NCBI GenBank assembly: GCA_009914755.4
Contig: CP086569.2
Coordinates: 2,432,001-2,496,000, forward strand
DNA: 64,000 nt
Source: the human T2T-CHM13v2.0 reference genome, Homo sapiens
Reading direction: 5' to 3'
Shown: positions 56,581 to 64,000 of the stretch, piece by piece
Numbering within the stretch: the first letter of the stretch is position 1
Layout: every line of letters starts with the position of its first letter
The notes under the pieces: model-generated
What the model was told of the DNA's origin: nothing
Databases searched by the model: none
The model's input: the letters and a program-made list of their open reading frames with translations, nothing else
Program-made: the position numbers and the translations under genes

Positions 56581-57352
56581 ATGGACCACACTTGTCTTTT
56601 TGATATTTGTTGGCTTAAAGTCTGTTTTATCAGAGACTACAATCGCAACCCCTAGTTTTTTTCTGCTTTCCATTTGCTTGATACATTTTCCTTTATCCTT
56701 TTATTCTGAGTAAAGTGTGTACTCTTGAATACAGTACACCGACAGGTCTTGACTCTATCCAGTTTCCCAGGCTGTGTCTTTTAATTGGGTCATTTAGCCC
56801 TTTACATTTAAGGCTAATATTGTTATTTGTAAATTTGATCCTGTCATCTTGATGCTAGCTGGTTATTTTGCACACTAGTTGATGCTATTTCTTCACTCTG
56901 TCATTGGTCTTTATAATTTCATGTGTTTTGCAGTGGCTGATACTGGTGTTTCCTTTCCATATTTAGTGCTTCCTTTAGGAGCTCTTGTAAGGCAGGCCTG
57001 GTGGTGATAAATTCTTCCAGCACTCATATGTCTGAAAAGGATTTTATTTCTCCTTTGATTATGAGGCTTAGTTTGGCCAGATATGAAATTCTGGGTTGAA
57101 AATTTTTTTCTTTAAGAATGTTGAGTATTGACCCCTACTCTCTTCTGGCTTGTAGGGTTTCTGCTGAGTATTCCACTGTTAGTCTGATAAGCTTCCCTTT
57201 GGAGGTGATCTGACTTTTCTCTCTGCTGCCCTTAACATTTTTTCCTGCATATGGACCTTATAGAATCTGATGATTGTGTGTCTTGGGGTTGATCTTCTTG
57301 TAGTATATCTTAATGGTGTTCTCTGTATTTCCTGAATTTGCATGTTGGCTTA
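56581..57352 (-). mobile_element. L1PA fragment (ORF2 first ~70 codons, inter-ORF and 3' part of ORF1); probably the 5' part of the host L1 whose 3' part is at 46585-50400
   Basis: It starts (minus sense) ...agtctctgataaaacagactttaagccaacaaatatcaaaaagacaagtgtggtccatt, the same ORF2 position where the 46585-50400 element ends. The sequence parallels 54200-55000 of the nested element. Confidence 0.7.
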
Positions 57353-57490
57353 GAGTAGCCATGGTTAAAAATCTAATGAAAGTTTATAGTTAACAAGGAT
57401 ATTTGGATATTTCATTTACATATAGCATTTTAAGATAAACACAAGAATAATGACTGATATTAGAGATCTATGAATTTATATAATTTTGAA

Positions 57491-57782
57491 TTTTTTTTTT
57501 TTGAGATGGAGTCTCACTCTGTCACCCAGGCTGGAATACAGTGTCACAGTCTTGGCTCACTGCAAGCTCCGCATCCCAGGTTCACACCATTCTCCTGCCT
57601 CAGCCTCCTGAGTAGCTGGGACTACAGGCACCTGCCACCACGCCCAGCTAATTTTTTGTATTTTTAGTAAAGATGGGGTTCACCATGTTAGCTAGGATGG
57701 TCTTGATCTCCTGACCTTGTGATCCACCCATCTTGGCTTCCCAAAGTTCTGGGATTATAGGCTTGAGCCACCGTGCCCAGCC
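57491..57782 (-). mobile_element. Alu SINE (minus) with a 10-bp TSD taattttgaa
   Basis: tttttttttttgagatggagtctcactctgtcacccaggctggaatacagtgtcacagtcttggctcactgcaagctccgc ... gggattataggcttgagccaccgtgcccagcc. Confidence 0.9.
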
Positions 57783-57837
57783 TAATTTTGAAATATTTAT
57801 ATTAACCCGTAAGTGCAATGAAAGGAAGATCTAGTAT

Positions 57838-58134
57838 TGGTCAGGTGCGCAGGCTCATGCCTGTAATCCCAGTACTTTGGAAGGTCAAGACAGGTGGATC
57901 ACTTGAGGGTCAGCAGTTCAACACCCGCCTGGCCAACATGGTAAAACCTCATCTCTACTAAAAATACAAAAAGTAGCTGGGTGTGATTGTGGGTGCCTGT
58001 AATCCCAGCTAACTTAGGAAGCTGAGGCAGAAGAATCGCCTGAACCCAGGGGGAGAAGGTTGCAGTGAGCCGATATCTTACCACTCTACTCCAGCCTGAG
58101 AGACACATTGAGAATACATCTAAAAAAAAAAAAG
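57838..58134 (+). mobile_element. Alu SINE with a 13-bp TSD aagatctagtatt
   Basis: ggtcaggtgcgcaggctcatgcctgtaatcccagtactttggaaggtcaagacaggtggatcacttgagggtcagcagttcaacacccgcctggccaacatggtaaaacctcatctc ... poly-A. Confidence 0.9.
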
Positions 58135-58904
58135 ATCTAGTATTACATATTTCTGTCTCAGTGCAGTTGTGTTGCTGTAAAGGCATATCTGATTCTGTGT
58201 AACTTACAAAGAGGTTCATGTAGCTCACAGTTCTATGGGCTATATATGAAGCTTGGAATTAACATCAGCTTCTGGTGACAGCTTCAGGCTGCTTCCACTC
58301 ATGGAAAGGAAAGGGGAGGCAGCCTCTGAAGAGATTATATGGCCAGAGAGGGAACTAGAGAAATGACAGGGGCAAGGGGAAAGAGAGGGAGGGGCCAGCC
58401 TCTTTTTAACCATCAACTCTTGAGGGAGATGATAGAGTGAAAACTGATTCGCTGTCCTCTCCCAGAAAGGGCATTAATCTGTACACAAGGGACCCACCTC
58501 CATGACCCAAAGATGATCCATTAGGCTGCACCTCCAGCGTTGGGGATAATATTTCAACAGGAGGTTTGGAGGGTCAAATATTCAAACAATAGCCATTTCT
58601 TATGTAATTTATCAAATAGGCCTAATCATCTAATATCTCCAAAAGGTGAGAGATATGTCTTTTGAGTCTTTTCAGGGGCCCAACTGGAAAATTCAAACAT
58701 TAATTCTAGGTTAAAGGGATTTACATTTAGCATTTGATTTTGGGCAAGTTTGCCAAAGATGTTAAAAGGCACAGAACACTTGATTGAAACAAACTCGTAG
58801 GTCACTTAAAAAAAAAAGTAGTCATTTTTTAACCAGAAGGATAATCAAAAAACAAATTTACCAGAGTTAGCCATGGTATCATGGCTATCCACATTATCCA
58901 CAAA

Positions 58905-59100
58905 AAATACCAAAACACATTATCTGCGAAAAACACAAAAATTAGCCAGGTGTGGTGTGTGCACCTGTAGTCCCAGTTACTTGGGAGGGTGAGGTGGGAG
59001 GACCACATGAACCCTGGAGATGGAGGTTTCAGTGAGTCAAGATCATGCCACCGCATTCCAGCCTGGGCAAGAGAGTGACAATTTGATTCAAAAAATAAAT
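58905..59100 (+). mobile_element. Alu right-arm fragment
   Basis: aaaaattagccaggtgtggtgtgtgcacctgtagtcccagttacttgggagggtgaggtgggaggaccacatgaaccctggagatggaggtttcagtgagtcaagatcatgccaccgcattccagcctgggcaagagagtgac. Confidence 0.8.
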
Positions 59101-59824
59101 ATATAAATAAGCAAGGAAATAAATAAATAAATAACATTGTTGTTGTTGTTTTCTTTTCAACTTTTATTTTAGGTTCAAGGGGTACGTGGGCAAGCTGGTT
59201 ACATAGGTAAGTTGCATGTCATGGGTATTTTGTGTACAGATAATTTTGTTACTCAGGTAATCAGTGTGATATCTGATAGGTAGTTTTTCAATCCTCCTCA
59301 AGTAGGCCCTGGAGTTCTTAATTCATAGCTACCATTTATAAGTGAAGAACATGGGGGTATTTGGTTTACTGTTCCTGTGTTAGTTTGCTAAGGATTTTGG
59401 CCTCCAGCTCCATCCCTGATGCTACAAAGGCCATCATTTTACTTTTCTTTTTTCTTTTTTTACAGCTGCATAGTATTCCATGGTATATATGTACCACATT
59501 CTCTTTATGCAGTCCACCATCAATGGGCATCTAGATGATTCCATGTCTTTGCTATTGTGAATGGTGCTGTGATGAACATATGTGTACATGTGTCTTTATA
59601 ACAGAACAATTTATGTTCCTTTGTGTATATCCCCAGTAATGGGATTGCTTGGTCAAACAGTAGTTCAAGTTCTTTGAGAAAACTCCAGTCTACTTTACAC
59701 AGTGGCTTAACTAATTTACATTCCCATTATCAAGTGTGTAAACATTCCCTTTTCTCTGCAACCTCACCAGCATCTGTTATTTACTGACATTTTCATCATA
59801 GCTGTTCTGGGTGGTATGAGATGA

Positions 59825-60268
<444 letters not shown>

Positions 60269-60662
60269 CCCTTTGCCCAGTTTTTAATGAAGCGTGCCCA
60301 GGTTTTAATGAAGTTGTTGTATGCTTGTTGATTTGTTTGGGTTTCTTATAGATTCTGGATATTACCCCTTTGAGAGATGCGTAGTTTGCAAATATTAACT
60401 TCTATTCTGTAGGTTCTCTGTTTACTCTACTATAGGTTATTTTGTTGGGCAGAAACTCTTTAGTTTAATTAGGTCCTACTTGTCAAGTTTTGGTTTTGCT
60501 GCAATTGTTTTTCAAGTCCTTGTCATGAAGTCTGTGCCTGGTTCAATATCCAGAATGGTACTTCCTAGATTTTCTTCTCTGGTCTTTATAGTTTTAGGTT
60601 TTACATTTAAGCATTTAATCCATCTGGGGTAACTTTTGCATATGGCTAATAAAAAGAGATCT

Positions 60663-60960
60663 AGTTTTGTTTGTTTGTTTGAGACAGAGTGTCATTCTGT
60701 CGCCCTGGCTGGAGTGCAGTGGCGCAATCTGGGCTCACTGCAAGTTCCACCTCCCGGGTTCACGCCGTTCTCCTACCTCAGCATCCTGAGTAGCTGGGAC
60801 TACAGATGCCCACCACCACACCTGGCTAATTTTTTGTATGTTTAGTAGAGATGGAGTTTCACCATGTTAGCCATGATGGTCTTGATCTCCTGAACTCGTG
60901 ATCCACCTGCCTCAACCTCTCAAAGTGCTGGGATTACAGGCCTGAACCACTGCGTCTGGC
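60663..60960 (-). mobile_element. AluY-like SINE (minus) inserted into the older L1
   Basis: tagttttgtttgtttgtttgagacagagtgtcattctgtcgccctggctggagtgcagtggcgcaatctgggctcactgcaagttccacctcccgggttcacgccgttctcctacctcagc ... ggattacaggcctgaaccactgcgtctggc. Confidence 0.9.
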
Positions 60961-62398
60961 TGAGATCCAGGTTTAACCTTCTGCATTTGGCTAGCCAGTT
61001 TTTCCAGCAACATTTATTGAATAGGAAATCTTTCTGTATTGTCTATTTTTGTCAGCTTTGTTGAAGATCAGATGATTGTAGACGTATGACTTTATTTCTG
61101 GGTTTGCTAACCTGTTCCATTAGTCTATATGTCTGGTTTTTTTCCATAGTATCATGCTGTTTTAATTACTGTAGTTTCATAGTATAGTTTGACATTGAGT
61201 TGTATGATGTCTCCAGTTTTGTTCTTTCCGCTTAAAATCGTTTTGACTATTCAGTCTGTTTTTTGATTCCAAATGAATTTTAGAATTAAATTTTATAATT
61301 TGTTTTCTAATTCTGTGAAAATTGTCATTGGTAGTTTAATAGGTATAGCATTGAATCTGTAAATTGTTTTGGGTGGTATGGTCATTTTAATGATATTAAT
61401 TCTTCCTATCTATAACCTTGGAACATTTTTCCATTTGTTTGTGTCTGCTCTGATTCCTCTGAGCAGTGTTTTGTAATTCTCATGTAAAGACCTTTCATCT
61501 CCCTGGTTAGCTGTATTCTTAGGTATTTTATTCTTTCTGTGGCTACTGTGAATGGAAGTGCATTCTTGATTTGGCTGTCAGCTTTGACGTTACTGCTGTA
61601 TAGAAATGCTGCTGCTTTTTGTACACTGATTTTTATCCTGAAAGTTTGCTGAAGTTGTTTATCAGATCTAGGAGCCTTTGGGCAGAGACTATGTGGCCTC
61701 TAGGCATAAAATCATATCGTCAGCATACAGAGATAGTTTGATTCCCTCTCTTCTTATTTGGATGACTTTCATTTCTTTCTCTTGCATAACTACTCTGTCA
61801 AGGACTTCTAGTAGTATGTAACAAATGAATGGTGAGAGTGGGCATCCTTGTCTTTTTCTGATCCTCAAGGGGAATCCTTCCAGCTTTTGCTCATTCATTA
61901 CAATTTTGGCTATGGGTCTGTTATGTATTGCTCATTATTTTGAGATATGATCCTTCAATGCCTAGTTTGTTGATGATTTTTATTATGAAGGGATGTTGAA
62001 TGTTATCAAAAGTCTTCTCAGTATCTATTGAGATGATCATGTGGTTTTTCTTGTTTATGGCAAGAATCACATTTGTTTATTTGCATATGCTGAGTCAACC
62101 TTGCTTCTCAGGAATAAAGCCTACTTGACCGTGGTAGATTAGCTTTTTGGTTTGCTGCTGAATTTGGTTTGCCAATGTTTCACTGAGAACTTTTGCATTT
62201 ATGTTCACTAAGGATATTGGTCTGAGGTTTTTCTTGTTGTGTTTGCTGCTGTTGCATCTCTGCCAGGCCTTGGTATTAGAGTGATGCTGACTTCACAGAA
62301 TAAGTTAGGGAGGAGTCCCTCCTCTTCAGTTTTATGGAATAGTTTCAGTAGAATTGTTGCCAGCTCTGCTTTATATGCCTGGTAGAATTTGGCTGTAA

Positions 62399-62746
<348 letters not shown>

Positions 62747-63114
62747 AAATCCAGTGCTATTACAGGTTGGGGAAGTTTTTATTACTGTTTCTGAACACTT
62801 TCTTTTTGCTGTCTGTTGTTGTTTAGCTGATACACATTGCTTATTTGGAGTGTGTAATTTTATACGTGTCATCTTTTAGTGTAGTTGTAAGGATGATAGA
62901 CTGTTTGATATCCTCTCTAGTGTTTGAATATGTTTCCAGTTTGAATCCCAGAAAATATTTTGCCTTTCAACTTTGAGAACCCATTTTGGGGTTGCTCTGG
63001 CTTAATACCATATACACAAAAGCCAACTAAATGCAAGCACAGATGGAAAAGAAACTATGTACTTACCAGGAAAGACAATAAGCTGTCCTCTCCAACTAAA
63101 AAGAAAAAGAAATT

Positions 63115-63417
<303 letters not shown>

Positions 63418-63632
63418 AGAAGAAGGAATTTTTTTTTTAACAAAAACTCAATCCAAAGGGAACAGTTCTTTCACCTGGACCTTAAGACTGAAGTCAACCA
63501 GGAATAGAAGAGTCCTCACAAACAAGAGATCTCCCACCTGAGGGGCAAGACCCCTCTCTATCCAGGTCCAAATAAAACAGAATTTGACCAAAGTTGGGAC
63601 TTCAGTTCAAACATCTAGATATGACATTTTAG

Positions 63633-63923
63633 GTCATGGGTGGTGACTCACACTTGTATAATCTCAGCACTTCGGGAGGTTGAGATGTACAAGTTACATG
63701 AGTGTCATGAGTTTGAGACCAGACTGGTCAACGTGGTAAATCCCGTCTTTACTAAAAATACAAAAATTAGCTGGGCATGGTGGCGGATGCCTATAATTCC
63801 AGCCACTCGGGAGACTGAGGTGGGAGGATCCCATGAACTCAGGAGGTGGAGATGAAAATGAAATGAGATTACACCACTGTATTGCAGCCTGGGTGACAGA
63901 ATGAGACTCTGTCTCAAAAAAAG
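63633..63923 (+). mobile_element. Old Alu (AluJ-like) with a 10-bp TSD tgacatttta
   Basis: ggtcatgggtggtgactcacacttgtataatctcagcacttcgggaggttgagatgtacaagttacatgagtgtcatgagtttgagaccagactggtcaacgtggtaaatcccgtcttt ... gcctgggtgacagaatgagactctgtctc. Confidence 0.85.
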
Positions 63924-64000
63924 TGACATTTTAATCAGTCTTGGAAATATAACCAAATGTTTTCAATTGTATTTTGGTATAGAGAATATTTTAATTGAAC

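Overview
This window is human Y-chromosome short-arm DNA (Yp11.2) spanning the pseudoautosomal boundary PAB1 and the sex-determining gene SRY. It is not a prokaryotic or accessory-genome region.

- The decisive evidence is the minus-strand ORF at 31829..32443, which encodes the 204-aa human SRY protein with an intact HMG box.
- About 5.2 kb towards the telomere (lower coordinates), a young Alu starts at 26321, the position expected for the Alu that defines PAB1.
- Everything below about 26320 is therefore the proximal end of PAR1. It contains XG exon 2 (15537..15578) and exon 3 (19559..19582) on the plus strand, each with GT/AG splice sites.
- On the Y-specific side, a CpG-rich processed pseudogene of RNASEH2C lies head-to-head about 2.1 kb upstream of the SRY transcription start (34655..35260, plus strand; RNASEH2CP1).
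- The rest of the Y-specific side is AT-rich, Alu/L1-dense sequence. It includes a roughly 6.2-kb full-length but disrupted L1PA (50401..56580, minus strand) that appears to be nested inside an older L1.
- From memory and unverified, the window corresponds to about GRCh38 chrY:2.755-2.819 Mb in reference orientation.
- There are no CRISPR arrays, rRNA or tRNA genes, and no previously undescribed biological system is evident. This locus is intensively characterised.

Points worth a second look:
- A 560-bp unclassified, CpG-retaining insert splits a young AluY (20946..21506).
- A ~720-bp polypurine mirror-repeat tract lies in XG intron 2.
- The RNASEH2C pseudogene next to the SRY promoter retains a high CpG density.
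- Several near-identical tandem duplications and satellite-like arrays lie in the PAR1 part.

Alu and L1 coordinates are approximate (about +/-10 bp).
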